A DNA stretch of 64,000 bases from an uncultured Pseudomonadota bacterium (GTDB lineage: Bacteria > Myxococcota_A > UBA796 > CAJQPC01): positions 6,049 to 70,048 of the forward strand of contig CAJXRZ010000027.1 of the NCBI GenBank assembly GCA_913060515.1. Reading direction: 5' to 3'. The notes under the pieces are model-generated. The model did not search any database, had not been told where the DNA came from, and saw only the letters and a program-made list of their open reading frames with translations. The number at the start of each line of letters is the position of its first letter. Position 1 is the stretch's first letter. A program made the translations under genes and the position numbers. Below are positions 43,063 through 53,124 of the stretch, piece by piece.

Positions 43063-44055
43063 ATGGCTCTGAGACGTCCCAGCCCCCAGCAGCTCATCGA
43101 CGGTGTACGTGCCGGAGACCGCGCCCTGCTGGCCCGCGCCATTACCTTGGTTGAGTCCACACTCCCGGCCCACCAGGCCCAGGCCAGCGAGATCCTCTCC
43201 GCTCTGATGCCCTTCACTGGCGGGGCACACAGGGTCGGCATCACCGGCGTTCCCGGCGTGGGAAAGAGCACCTTTGTGGAAGCCTTGGGGATGCGCCTGC
43301 TTGGCCAAGGGCACCGGGTGGCCGTGCTCGCAGTGGACCCCAGCTCAAGCAGGACCGGTGGCTCCATCCTGGGCGACAAGACCCGCATGGAGCACCTCTC
43401 CAGGGAGCCGGAGGCCTTCATCCGCCCCTCCCCAAGCTCCGGAACTCTGGGCGGAGTGGCCAGCCACACCCGCGAGGCTCTGCTCTTGTGCGAGGCTGCC
43501 GGTTTCGACGTGGTGCTCGTGGAGACGGTGGGCGTGGGCCAGTCCGAGCTGGCGGTCGCCCAGATGACGGACGTCTTTCTGGTCTTGATGCTCGCCGGGG
43601 CCGGCGATGAGCTTCAGGGAATCAAACGTGGGCTGATGGAGCTGGCCGACGCCATGGCCGTGAACAAGGCCGATGGGGACAACCTGCGCCCGGCCGAGCG
43701 GGCCGCCCAAACCTACCGCAGCGCTCTGCGCGCCCTGCACCCTGGCAAAGACGTCTTCAAACCCCAGGTCCTCACCTGCTCAGCCCTACACGACGTCGGC
43801 ATCCAGGAGGTCTGGGAGCTGCTCTTGGCGCACCGCCAACACCAAGAGAGCAGCGGCGCCTGGGCAGAGCGGCGCCAAGGCCAGCAGCAACAGTGGATGT
43901 GGCAGATGGTGGACGAAGGCCTGCGCGCAGCCTTGCGCAGAGACCCTGCTCTGCAGCAGGCGCTGCCTGAGCTTCAGGCCCGGGTGCTCGACGGCAGCTT
44001 GGCGCCAACACGTGCTGCAGAACAGATCCTGCAGCGCTTCCTGGACCGGGACTAA
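43063..44055 (+). CDS. meaB: methylmalonyl-CoA mutase-associated GTPase MeaB
   Basis: GVPGVGKST, AVDPSS..GGSILGDKTRM, ETVGVGQSE, NKAD. Confidence 0.93.
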   Translation: MALRRPSPQQLIDGVRAGDRALLARAITLVESTLPAHQAQASEILSALMPFTGGAHRVGITGVPGVGKSTFVEALGMRLLGQGHRVAVLAVDPSSSRTGGSILGDKTRMEHLSREPEAFIRPSPSSGTLGGVASHTREALLLCEAAGFDVVLVETVGVGQSELAVAQMTDVFLVLMLAGAGDELQGIKRGLMELADAMAVNKADGDNLRPAERAAQTYRSALRALHPGKDVFKPQVLTCSALHDVGIQEVWELLLAHRQHQESSGAWAERRQGQQQQWMWQMVDEGLRAALRRDPALQQALPELQARVLDGSLAPTRAAEQILQRFLDRD

Positions 44056-45203
44056 GGCTGACGCGTCAAGCCCTGCTTGCTCGCTTCCTGCCCGCCAAAG
44101 CCCTGCTCACTGAGGCAGGTGCTCAGGGTCTTTGCCACGACTCTGTGCCCCGAGGCGCTCCAGTGCCCGTCAAAGGCCAGGTAGGGCCGTTCCCCCTGGG
44201 CGTATGCCTCACGCAGGTCTGAATCGAGCGCGCAGCCGGGGATCTCCAAGTCCTCCAAGAGCTCGAGCACGGCGCCCTCAGGAGCGTCCAGATCCTGGCC
44301 CGCCAGATCGAGGCCCACAAGCTCGAAGGTCGCCTTTGTACGGTGATCTTCGACTGCGTATGCCGGCGAGGCCACCGCGACCATGAGCTGTCCTCCCCGG
44401 CGCTGAACCCGGTCCCGAAGACCCTGCATGGGCGTACGCGTCGCTTCGATTCCATCTTGGAGAACCTGCTCTCCGCTGCCGTGGAAGATGGACATGTCAC
44501 CGCGCAGCCCCTGCACCTCCGGCTTGCTTGCGTCAGCGAAAGACCGGGCCCGAATTTGCATCTGAACCATGCCCCAGAGGAAGGAGTTCCGGTTCAAGAA
44601 GCTGCGAAGCGGAGGCTTGCTCTGCGCCCTGGGAGCTTCCTGGTCGGGCCGCTTCTTCGCCCCCGCCAGGGAAGAGCGCCAGTGCACGTTGTTCTGGAAG
44701 TCGTTGCCCGTGAAGAACACCACCAGGACCACCTCTGGAGAGAGGGCCTTCTCAAGCTGGCGGAAGCGGGCCAGCTCATGGTGGGTGCCGTGACCATCTG
44801 AGCCGCCATTGAGCAGCTGCACATCCAGCTCCTCGCCGAGCAGGCCCACGAAGCTCTGCTCCTCTGGAACCTGCGCGGCGAAGGTGAAGGAGTCTCCGAG
44901 CGCCAACCAAACAGGCCTGGGGTCCCTTTGGACAGCCGGGCCACGCAAACCCAATTCGTTGACCCGAATGTCCACCTCGTAGCCAAGGCTCTTCATCGAA
45001 CCTTGAAAGCCAGGCGTGGGCCGAAAGGCCACCTTGTGGTCGTTCATGTACAACCCAGCGGGGGCGTCCTCGTGCGCATTGAAGAGGGTCTGCGCAGCCG
45101 CGTTTGGCGGCAACATGCGGACCCCGAGCTCAATGATGCCCACCCCCAGGCAGGTGCCAACGAGGACCATCACAACGCGAGCGAGCCAACGACTTTTTGA
45201 CAT
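44052..45203 (-). CDS. membrane-anchored SGNH (AlgX/AlgJ-like) protein, paralog B
   Basis: TM, LGDSFT, FTGND, DGHW. Confidence 0.8.
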   Translation of the reverse strand: MSKSRWLARVVMVLVGTCLGVGIIELGVRMLPPNAAAQTLFNAHEDAPAGLYMNDHKVAFRPTPGFQGSMKSLGYEVDIRVNELGLRGPAVQRDPRPVWLALGDSFTFAAQVPEEQSFVGLLGEELDVQLLNGGSDGHGTHHELARFRQLEKALSPEVVLVVFFTGNDFQNNVHWRSSLAGAKKRPDQEAPRAQSKPPLRSFLNRNSFLWGMVQMQIRARSFADASKPEVQGLRGDMSIFHGSGEQVLQDGIEATRTPMQGLRDRVQRRGGQLMVAVASPAYAVEDHRTKATFELVGLDLAGQDLDAPEGAVLELLEDLEIPGCALDSDLREAYAQGERPYLAFDGHWSASGHRVVAKTLSTCLSEQGFGGQEASKQGLTRQP

Positions 45204-45236
45204 GACAAAAAGCTTACAACACCCGGGTCGCCGATT

Positions 45237-46376
45237 CTACTGGGCTCCCGTCGCCTTCTCGGCGAGTCCGTGCTCCGCCAAGCAGTCTTCCAGCGCCTGG
45301 GCGACCACAAGGTGGCCTGCAGGGCTCCAGTGGCCGTCGTAGGCCAAATACAGACGCTCCCCCTCCGCGTATGCCTGGCGCAGGGGAGTATCCAAGGAAC
45401 AAGATGGGATTTCCAGCTCTTTGAGCAGCTTGAGGGTCTCGGTCTCCGGCGCAGCCAGCTCGGCCTCGCTCAAGTCCAAGTTCACCAGCTCAAAGGTGGC
45501 CTGGGTGCGGTGGTCTTCCACCGCAAAAGCCGGCGAGGCCACCGCTACCATCAAGCGTCCACCCTTTCGCTCCACCCGGTCCCGCAGCTCTTCCATGGGC
45601 ATGCGCGTGGTGTCGATGCCCTTGCGCAGCTCCATGCGCCCGCTCCGATGGAAGATGGACATCTCACGACGCCAACGCCGCACCTCAGGCGATTTGCCGT
45701 CCGTCATAGCTTTGGCGCGCTTGCGCATGTTGAACATGCCGTAGATCACGGAGTTCTTGTTCAAGAAGCTGCGAAGCGGAGGTTTGGGCCCTCCCATGAT
45801 GGCTGCACCATCCGGCCGCTCTTTGGCGCGACGGATGGCGTCCCGCCACTGCTCGTTGTCCGAGAAGTCGTTGCCCGTGAAGAAGATCAACACCACGAGC
45901 TCCGGAGCCAGCTTGTCTTCGAGCTGCCGAAAGCGGGCCAGCGCATGCCGTGTCCCGTAGCCATCGGAGCCGGCGTTGAAGAGCTGCACCTGCTGGGAGT
46001 CCCCAAGCAATCCGACGAAGCTCTGCTCTTCGGGCACTTGCGCGGCGAAGGTGAAGCTGTCTCCCAGAGCAAGCCAGCGCGGCTGCTCGTTGTTCACCGG
46101 CTCGGGTCCCCTCAGGCCCAGGCTGTTGACCTGGATGGGCACGCTGTAGCCCAGCGACCGCATCGTCCCCTCAAAGCCAGGCGTGGGCCGAAAGACCGTC
46201 TGGTGGTCGTTGCTGTACATGCCCGGCGGGGTGTTCTGAGGGGCGTTGAAGAGCATCTCGGCGGCCGCGTTGGCCGGCAAGAGGCGGGCCCCCATCTCAA
46301 TCACAAGCACGCCGATAGCCAAACCCGCCAGGGCCAACACACCACGTCCAATCCACCGTCGCGCCTTGCTGGCCAT
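45237..46376 (-). CDS. membrane-anchored SGNH (AlgX/AlgJ-like) protein, paralog A
   Basis: TM, LGDSFT, FTGND, DGHW; colinear with paralog B. Confidence 0.8.
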   Translation of the reverse strand: MASKARRWIGRGVLALAGLAIGVLVIEMGARLLPANAAAEMLFNAPQNTPPGMYSNDHQTVFRPTPGFEGTMRSLGYSVPIQVNSLGLRGPEPVNNEQPRWLALGDSFTFAAQVPEEQSFVGLLGDSQQVQLFNAGSDGYGTRHALARFRQLEDKLAPELVVLIFFTGNDFSDNEQWRDAIRRAKERPDGAAIMGGPKPPLRSFLNKNSVIYGMFNMRKRAKAMTDGKSPEVRRWRREMSIFHRSGRMELRKGIDTTRMPMEELRDRVERKGGRLMVAVASPAFAVEDHRTQATFELVNLDLSEAELAAPETETLKLLKELEIPSCSLDTPLRQAYAEGERLYLAYDGHWSPAGHLVVAQALEDCLAEHGLAEKATGAQ

Positions 46377-46385
46377 CAGAGCTCC

Positions 46386-46751
46386 CTACTCGCAGGTGGC
46401 CAGCTCGATCCAAGGCACTTCTTCCCAGTCGGCGGGCAAGCAGCTGCTTGTGAACTCCCAACCTTGGTCCTGCTCATCCAGCGCGAGCACCATCACGTCA
46501 TCGCAGCCCTCGTCCGCATCGGTGCAGGCCACGAACTCCGAGAGGGAGTCCGATGGCTTGCACCACTCATCGGCGTTTTCACCGACCAGCGGAACCGCCA
46601 AGATCTCCGTGCAGCGTGGATCCGCCTCGCAGCCAGCGGAGTTCAGCGCCGCGCAGCCTTCCGGTTCATCGTCACAGCCCTCGCCTGCGCAGAGATCGCA
46701 GGCCGTCAGAGAGAGCAAAATCAAGACCGAGAGGCTGGCCAGCTTGTTCAC
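46386..46751 (-). CDS. small Cys-rich lipoprotein
   Basis: LTAC lipobox; paralog of the next gene. Confidence 0.72.
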   Translation of the reverse strand: MNKLASLSVLILLSLTACDLCAGEGCDDEPEGCAALNSAGCEADPRCTEILAVPLVGENADEWCKPSDSLSEFVACTDADEGCDDVMVLALDEQDQGWEFTSSCLPADWEEVPWIELATCE

Positions 46752-47141
46752 TTAGGCTCCTTGAGCGCACTCCCCTACGTTGTCGGCCAAGGCCTCAAAG
46801 TCATCGGGGATGCAGCCGTTGCTGAAGTAGTAGCCTACACCGTCGGCATCGACCGCAAAGACCTCGGCGTCGGTGCAGCCAGCTTCGGCTTCCATACAAC
46901 CCAGATCTTCGAACTCAACCTCGAAGTCCAAGCAGAGCGCTTCCCCGTCCTCGACCAGCTCTTTGCCCTGAATGGGCGCGCAGCTCTCGGAGGCATCGCA
47001 GGCATCGGCGTCCAGCTCGGCGCAGACCTCGATGCAGTTGGTTCCGTCCTCGCAGTCCTCTGGGGGCTGGCAGGCCACCAGTGCGGAGATGAGGGTGAGG
47101 CCCAGGGCGGAGAGGGAGAGAGTGAGGGCGGTGCGGGACAT
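46752..47141 (-). CDS. small Cys-rich lipoprotein
   Basis: AAGGAG before ATG 47141; LVAC lipobox. Confidence 0.72.
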   Translation of the reverse strand: MSRTALTLSLSALGLTLISALVACQPPEDCEDGTNCIEVCAELDADACDASESCAPIQGKELVEDGEALCLDFEVEFEDLGCMEAEAGCTDAEVFAVDADGVGYYFSNGCIPDDFEALADNVGECAQGA

Positions 47142-47221
47142 GAGCAGCTCCTTTGCTTGCCCAGCATGAAGCAAGGCCCATGCCAGCCTCCAAGCCCTTG
47201 AAACTCCAAGGGGGTCCAAGA

Positions 47222-48244
47222 CTAGCGCTGCGCAGGCACGGCACGCTTGTCGCGCTTCTGCATGCGCTTGCGGGTCTGAAGCGCCAAGGCCTCGTAGGCC
47301 GAGCAGACCGCGTCTGCGGAGTCGGTGCGCTCGCCACCGGTCAAGACCTGCAGCTTGCACGCGGTCCACCGCACCGCATCCTGCTCGGCGTCCACGTAGT
47401 CTCCAAAGGCAAGGTTTGTGCTCGCCTCTCTGAAGAACTGGCCTTCGAGAAGCGCGACCACCAGGTCTTGCTCTTCGTCCTCTGGCGCCAAGCGAATGCT
47501 GCCCCCAAACCCAGCGACATGGGGGTGCTTCTCCGTGGCAGGAACCACGACCGGCGTGCTGTAGCGTCCCTTGGGCTGCTCAACCGAAGCGCCCTGGGGA
47601 CAGACTCCCCCGTTCCAGCAGTCCAAGGCCGCTGGAAGTGCAGCGTCGGAGTCCAAGAGCCGGGTCACTTCAATGGCCCAGGCACTGCGCGCGTGGGACT
47701 GAAAGCTGACGGCGCTCTTGGCCGCCTTGGGGTCCGCATTCCCGGAGCCCACGTAGAGGTTGAACCAAGCGCGCGCCATCAAGGTGTCGACAGCCTCGGG
47801 TGCCACCCCCTGAGGTGCGCCATCCAAGGCCGTGCGCACCAGCCCTTCAAACTCGGCCATCGCCGGGCCCACGTCCTTGCTGGGATCGAGGCCCTCCCGC
47901 TTGGGCAGTCCCCAGGCTGCATGGGTCACGCAGTTCCGGGCAAAGTCTTTGGCTTGGGCGCACTGGCGCAGCGCGGCGTCCGTGTGGCCCGCCTTTCCCA
48001 GCTCTTCCCCGGCCCGAAAGCGGCATTCGTACTGCCAAATGTCAACCAGACCTGCACACGCCGCCTCAATCCCGGCCACATCTCCCAGAGCGCCAGCCCG
48101 GGCCGCCTGGGTGACCTGGCAGGTGATGCGCGCACCCTCCAAAGGCATCTGCGCGCAGTCTCTCAGAGAGTCCTGTGCGCTCAGAGTCTGCTCCAAATCC
48201 TGGGTGCTGGTCCCCGACTGGCAGGCCAGAAGGAGCCAGATCAT
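47222..48244 (-). CDS. hypothetical Cys-paired helical lipoprotein
   Basis: MIWLLLAC; repeated C-x(9-11)-C units; ATGA coupling. Confidence 0.7.
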   Translation of the reverse strand: MIWLLLACQSGTSTQDLEQTLSAQDSLRDCAQMPLEGARITCQVTQAARAGALGDVAGIEAACAGLVDIWQYECRFRAGEELGKAGHTDAALRQCAQAKDFARNCVTHAAWGLPKREGLDPSKDVGPAMAEFEGLVRTALDGAPQGVAPEAVDTLMARAWFNLYVGSGNADPKAAKSAVSFQSHARSAWAIEVTRLLDSDAALPAALDCWNGGVCPQGASVEQPKGRYSTPVVVPATEKHPHVAGFGGSIRLAPEDEEQDLVVALLEGQFFREASTNLAFGDYVDAEQDAVRWTACKLQVLTGGERTDSADAVCSAYEALALQTRKRMQKRDKRAVPAQR

Positions 48245-48609
48245 CGCTCCCCCCCTTCGGTGACTGGCGGCTTGCCCGGAGTCGGCCCGCGCTCATCCTT
48301 GGGTGGGGTGGCCAGGTGCGGGCGGCCCAGGACCTGCTCACATTTCTTGGCGCCGTAGTCGTGGCGCACTTGCTTGCAGATCCACCCTTGGTTTCGGGGG
48401 TCTCCGACGGCCAACTCGACCAGCAGCATGTCGCGCTCCAGCGGATCCAGGATGCTGTCTGCTTGGCTCAGGACCACCTCCCGCTCCGAGGCCACGTCGG
48501 CCAACTGGCCCACCCGGCACACCGTGCGCAAGTCGGGGCTCTCTAAGGCCGCGCACTCGGCAAAGGACGCGGGCTCTGGGGTGCAGCTGAGCAGGAGGAG
48601 AAGAATCAT
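48241..48609 (-). CDS. hypothetical small lipoprotein
   Basis: MILLLLLSC; C-x11-C units; ATGA coupling. Confidence 0.65.
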   Translation of the reverse strand: MILLLLLSCTPEPASFAECAALESPDLRTVCRVGQLADVASEREVVLSQADSILDPLERDMLLVELAVGDPRNQGWICKQVRHDYGAKKCEQVLGRPHLATPPKDERGPTPGKPPVTEGGER

Positions 48610-49421
48610 GCTTCGAGCACCTGGCGTGGTCCCCATGGTGGCCGCACACCCTTGCGGATCTGGGAGAAGTTCTCCCGTCCAATGGCCGCCTCCCCGGAGT
48701 CCGCGCAGAGCTCGTAGGCCTTGGCTTCGATCTCTCGGCGTACATCGGGCGCTTGTCCCAGCCCCGCCAAGGTGGCCCGCTTGAAGGCCCCCACTGCCGT
48801 CGGCGAGTTCTTGGCCACCTGTGCAGCGAGCACGTGGGCGCGCGCCAGACCAGCCTCTTCATCTGCGGCGATCTCCTGAACCAGGCCGATGCGCTGGGCC
48901 TCTTCCGCGGAGATGCGCTCTCCGGTCATGCCCAAGCGCAGCGCCTGGGGCAGGCCGACCAAGGCGGCCAGCTCCGAGCTGCCGCCTGCACCCGGCAGGA
49001 TGCCCAGGCCGGTCTCCGGCAAGCCAAAGAGGGCTTGGGGCGTGGCGATTCGGTAGTCACAGGTGATGCAGTACTCGGTGCCCCAGCCCAGGGCGACGCC
49101 GGAGATCATGCCGATGTGGAAGAGCGGAAGCGCCCTGAGGGCGGCCAGGGACGCCCGCTGGCGGCGCACGTGGGCCTTGACCTGCTCAGGGCTCCAGTCG
49201 GCCCGTTCGGTCACGTTGGCGCCGGCCACAAAAATCGGCGTTCCACGAGAGCTCTTTCGATCCGACCAGGTAATCAGCGTGCCCACATCTGAGCCTGCGA
49301 GCTCCTGTACGAGGGCGTCCAGGGCATCGAGCTGGGCGCTGCCCATCTCGTTGGCCTTGCCGTGGTCAAAGCGCAGGACTGCGAGCCCGTCTTGGATCTT
49401 CAAGTCAAAGCGGAAGGACAA
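48606..49421 (-). CDS. enoyl-CoA hydratase/isomerase (crotonase) family protein
   Basis: FVAGAN, ALGWGTE, FGLPETGLGILPGAGG; AGGAG before TTG 49421. Confidence 0.88.
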   Translation of the reverse strand: MSFRFDLKIQDGLAVLRFDHGKANEMGSAQLDALDALVQELAGSDVGTLITWSDRKSSRGTPIFVAGANVTERADWSPEQVKAHVRRQRASLAALRALPLFHIGMISGVALGWGTEYCITCDYRIATPQALFGLPETGLGILPGAGGSSELAALVGLPQALRLGMTGERISAEEAQRIGLVQEIAADEEAGLARAHVLAAQVAKNSPTAVGAFKRATLAGLGQAPDVRREIEAKAYELCADSGEAAIGRENFSQIRKGVRPPWGPRQVLEA

Positions 49422-49477
49422 AGTGAGGCTCCTGAGGGCGATGGGGTCCCCTTCTCGTAGCACGTTAGAAGCCCGCC

Positions 49478-50281
49478 ATGACAGCCCTTGCTCTCCTGCT
49501 TCTCGCCGCCTGCGGCCCCTCGGACTTCGACCAGGCCACGACCCTGCCCGAGGTCCAAGAACTCATCGCCAAGGGCAAGCTGCAAGGCCGCGAGGAGCTG
49601 CAGCTCCGGGATCTGGGCTTGGGCCCTGACTTGGCCAAGAGCATCGCGGGCAGCCCGGATGCCCAGAGCCTCAAGGTCTTGGACTTGAGGGGGAACGGAA
49701 TCGGTCCCCACGGGGCCGCCGCTCTGGCCGAGTCTGAGAACCTGGGCGCCCTGGAGGCGCTCTATTTGCCCCCCGGTCGAAGCCACATCGAAGGCAACCG
49801 CATCGGCGATGAGGGCGCACAGGCCTTGTTGGCCTCGAGCACGCTCACCAGCCTGATGATCTTGGATCTGAGCCAGAACAACCTGGGCCCCCAGAGCCCT
49901 GTGGCGCTGGCCAAAGGGGGTGTACCCCAACTCCGTGAGCTGGTCCTGGACTCCAACGTGCTCGGAGACGAAGGCGCGGCCTACTTGGCTGCCCAAGCCC
50001 GAGACTTGGAGCGCCTGCAGCTGGGCTGGAACGGTGTGGGCGACCTGGGCGCAAACGCGCTGGCCAACGGTCCCCTGCTCACCCACGCAAAGGTGGTCTT
50101 GCTCTCCAGCAACGACATCGGCCCCGCAGGTGCCGCGGCCCTGGCAGCCGGTCCAGCCTTGGGGGAGGTGGAGGCGCTGTATCTGAGCGGCAACAAGGTG
50201 GACGCCACCGGTGAGGCCCTGCTCGAGGCCCGCTTTGGAGAGGCCTTGAAGATGGGCGGCGGAGAGATGACGGTGGAGTAG
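49478..50281 (+). CDS. leucine-rich-repeat (RI-like) lipoprotein
   Basis: MTALALLLLAAC; LxxLxLxxNxIGxxGAxALA repeats. Confidence 0.82.
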   Translation: MTALALLLLAACGPSDFDQATTLPEVQELIAKGKLQGREELQLRDLGLGPDLAKSIAGSPDAQSLKVLDLRGNGIGPHGAAALAESENLGALEALYLPPGRSHIEGNRIGDEGAQALLASSTLTSLMILDLSQNNLGPQSPVALAKGGVPQLRELVLDSNVLGDEGAAYLAAQARDLERLQLGWNGVGDLGANALANGPLLTHAKVVLLSSNDIGPAGAAALAAGPALGEVEALYLSGNKVDATGEALLEARFGEALKMGGGEMTVE

Positions 50282-50284
50282 CGC

Positions 50285-51364
50285 CTAGAGCAGCTTGCCA
50301 TCGTTGGCCGCCAACACCCGCCCAAAGAGCCACGGCATCGCGCGCATCAGCCGCACCAGCCACTTGCGCAACCCCACCCGGCTGGCCCAGAGCAGGCCCT
50401 TCATCATCGTGTAGGGCAAGCGCACCACCCGGGCATGGGCCCGTGGATAGTCTGCGAGCTGCCCGGCCTGAAAGACACGCACCAAGGCCTGGCCCTGCTT
50501 GAAGCCCAGAGACAAGCCCTCTCCGGTGCAGGCATCCAGGTAGCCCGCGGCGTCCCCGACCAAGGCGACTGGGGTGTCCTCGACTGCGCCAAGGACGCTG
50601 AGGGTCTTCTGGTGCAGAGGCCCTGAGCCCCGGTCTGGACTGCACTGGGGAGCGCCCTCAATCCTCTGCGCCACCTGAGGAAAACGGGCCAACAAGCTCT
50701 CAAAGCGCTCTTTGCTTCCCGACCAGAGGAAGGCCACGCCGACCTGGTCCACTCCCGCCGGGGTCAGGTAGCACTCCACCCCATCGCCCAAGTACACCTC
50801 GACCTGGTCCGACCACGGGGTCATGCGCACGTGGCGGCGCAGACCGAAGCGCTCAATGGGCCCCACCCCTGCTGAGAGTCCGGCCCACTTGCGCACCCGG
50901 GAGTGCAACCCGTCCGCGCCCACGAGCAAGCGGCCACGCACCAAGCCATCGCTGGTGACGACGCCGCCAGCAGCCAGACCTGTGGCGCGGAGCCCATCGC
51001 GCAGCACCACCCCAAGCTCCTGGGCCCGACTCCGCAGAGCCCGCGAGAGGCTCAGGCGGCGCACGCCCAGGCCCTGCCCATGGGGAAAGCGACCCGAGGC
51101 CCGCACGCCATCTTCCTCCCAGACAATCCCACCAAAGGGGTGGCTGCCGACCGCGTCGATCTCCACGCCCAGCGCACGCAGATGGGCGACCCCGGCGGGC
51201 ATCAAGCCCTCCCCACAGGCCTTGTCCAGGCTGCCCTGCTTGGGGGTGCGCGCCTCCAGAACCGTGACCTGCAGACCAGCGAGCGCCGCGTGGATGGCGG
51301 TCACCAGGCCGACGGGCCCTCCTCCGACGATGACCAGATCGGCGATGCTGGTCGGGTCCGTCAA
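50285..51364 (-). CDS. FAD-dependent monooxygenase/oxidoreductase (SrsC-like)
   Basis: GGGPVG, DKACGEGL, GADG, VGDAAG. Confidence 0.85.
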   Translation of the reverse strand: MTDPTSIADLVIVGGGPVGLVTAIHAALAGLQVTVLEARTPKQGSLDKACGEGLMPAGVAHLRALGVEIDAVGSHPFGGIVWEEDGVRASGRFPHGQGLGVRRLSLSRALRSRAQELGVVLRDGLRATGLAAGGVVTSDGLVRGRLLVGADGLHSRVRKWAGLSAGVGPIERFGLRRHVRMTPWSDQVEVYLGDGVECYLTPAGVDQVGVAFLWSGSKERFESLLARFPQVAQRIEGAPQCSPDRGSGPLHQKTLSVLGAVEDTPVALVGDAAGYLDACTGEGLSLGFKQGQALVRVFQAGQLADYPRAHARVVRLPYTMMKGLLWASRVGLRKWLVRLMRAMPWLFGRVLAANDGKLL

Positions 51365-53124
51365 CGCGCTCTCCAGAACCCCAGCGCCGACTCGGCGAGA
51401 ATGCCAGCGACCTTGAGCAAGTGCACCTTGTCCGGTGGGACCAGCTCACCGCGCAGGTGCTGGGCCAAGGTCTCCGAGCGCCGAATCTTGCCGCTGGAGG
51501 TACGCGGCAGCGTGCCCGGAGGGAGGAGCAGGATCTGGGCACAGGCCAAGCCCGTGGCCGCCACCACGGCCTGGTTGCACGCCTTCGGGAGGGCCTCTTT
51601 CTCCGCCCTCGAGGCCTGCGCGCTGTGCTCGACGAAGAGCACGAGCTGCTCACTGGCGGCCCCTTCTGCTCGGTGACTGACGGCCGCAGCGCAGCCCGTG
51701 CGCACGCCCGGGATGCCGTCCACGGCCTGCTCCACCGGATGGGGCGCGTGGTTGCGTCCGTTCAAGATGAGCAGGTCTTTGATGCGGCCGCTCAAATAGA
51801 GCTGCCCGTCATGCATGAAGCCCTGGTCTCCCGTGTCCAACCAGCCATCCACGAGGGCCTTGGCGCTCAGCTCCGGCCGACCCAAGTACTCCCGCATCAG
51901 AGAGGGGCCCTTGGCCCAGACGCTGCCGATCTGACCGTCCAGCACGGGGCCGCCCTCGCCGCGAATCTCAACGAAGAAGCCGCGAAGCGGGGTGCCCACG
52001 GAGACGATCTCGGTGCCTTGGGGATCCAGCTCAGCCCGCCCCTGTGAGAGGGCCTCGGCGTTGAAGCGCGCGCTCTCAAAGGGCTGGTCCAAGGCGGAGA
52101 AGGTCAGGGCCAAGCTGGCCTCGGAGAGGCCGTAGACCGGTGAGAGGGCCTGGGGCTGGAAGCCCCACTTGGAGAAGCGCGCGATGAAGTCGCGCAGGAC
52201 CTGGGGAGCTACTGGCTCAGCGCCATTGAGGGCTACCCGCCACTTGCTCAGGTCCACCCCTTCCATCTCGGCGTCCTTGATGCGGTCCAGGCAGAGGCCG
52301 TAGGCAAAGTTCGGCGCTGGCGAGACCACGCCGCCGTACTTGGAGAGGGTCTGCAGCCAGAGAGCGGGTCGGCCGATGAAGACCTCGGGGCCCATCAAGG
52401 TGAGCTCTCCGGGAGCGAGCAGGCTGGGGAAGACGCAGCCGATGAGCCCCATGTCGTGGTAGAGCGGCAGCCAACAGACCCCGCTGGCCAGCACCCCATC
52501 GGCGTGCTCCAAGAGGTGGTCCAGCAGGGCCCGGGTCTGGGCCATCACCGCCCCATGGCTGAGCGCGACGGGCTTGGGCTCTACGGTGGTGCCGCTGGAG
52601 AACTGCAGCATGGCCAAGTCATCCACGCCGACCGCGCGGCTCCCGGGGCTGGCATCTGGCAGCTCAGCCAAGACTCTGCAGCCAAGCTCCGGGCGCACCC
52701 GCTCCACGACGCCGCCCAACACGCGCTTGATCCGGCCACTGGCGAGTATCAGGCGCGCACCGGCAAGTTCCACCATTCGTGCGGTTCGCTGGTGGTACTC
52801 GTCCATGCGACCCAGGCGCACCGGCGGATAGACCGGGCACGGCACGGCGCCCGCCAGCATGCAGCCGAAGAAGGCCGCGAAGAAGTCCGGCTCCGTGGCG
52901 TAGACCAGGACGATGCGCTCCCCGTGGGCAATCCCCAAGGCGATGAGCTGGCCGGAGACCTGAAGCGCCCGCTCTCGAACCCCGGCCCAGTCTTGCTCAT
53001 CGGGGCGAGCGTGACGGTCCAAGAAACGGAGCGTGGCGTTGTGGCCCCCAACGCGGCTGTCCAGGAGCACCTCGCAGAGGGTCTGACCGCTGTGGGCGCT
53101 CTGGTCAGCAGCCTGCTCAGGCAC
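51361..53124 (-). CDS. fatty acyl-AMP ligase (FAAL)
   Basis: LQFSSGTT, WLPLYHDMGLIG, APNFAY, NGAEP, YGLSEA, TGD, PRTSSGK. Confidence 0.9.
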   Translation of the reverse strand: MPEQAADQSAHSGQTLCEVLLDSRVGGHNATLRFLDRHARPDEQDWAGVRERALQVSGQLIALGIAHGERIVLVYATEPDFFAAFFGCMLAGAVPCPVYPPVRLGRMDEYHQRTARMVELAGARLILASGRIKRVLGGVVERVRPELGCRVLAELPDASPGSRAVGVDDLAMLQFSSGTTVEPKPVALSHGAVMAQTRALLDHLLEHADGVLASGVCWLPLYHDMGLIGCVFPSLLAPGELTLMGPEVFIGRPALWLQTLSKYGGVVSPAPNFAYGLCLDRIKDAEMEGVDLSKWRVALNGAEPVAPQVLRDFIARFSKWGFQPQALSPVYGLSEASLALTFSALDQPFESARFNAEALSQGRAELDPQGTEIVSVGTPLRGFFVEIRGEGGPVLDGQIGSVWAKGPSLMREYLGRPELSAKALVDGWLDTGDQGFMHDGQLYLSGRIKDLLILNGRNHAPHPVEQAVDGIPGVRTGCAAAVSHRAEGAASEQLVLFVEHSAQASRAEKEALPKACNQAVVAATGLACAQILLLPPGTLPRTSSGKIRRSETLAQHLRGELVPPDKVHLLKVAGILAESALGFWRAR

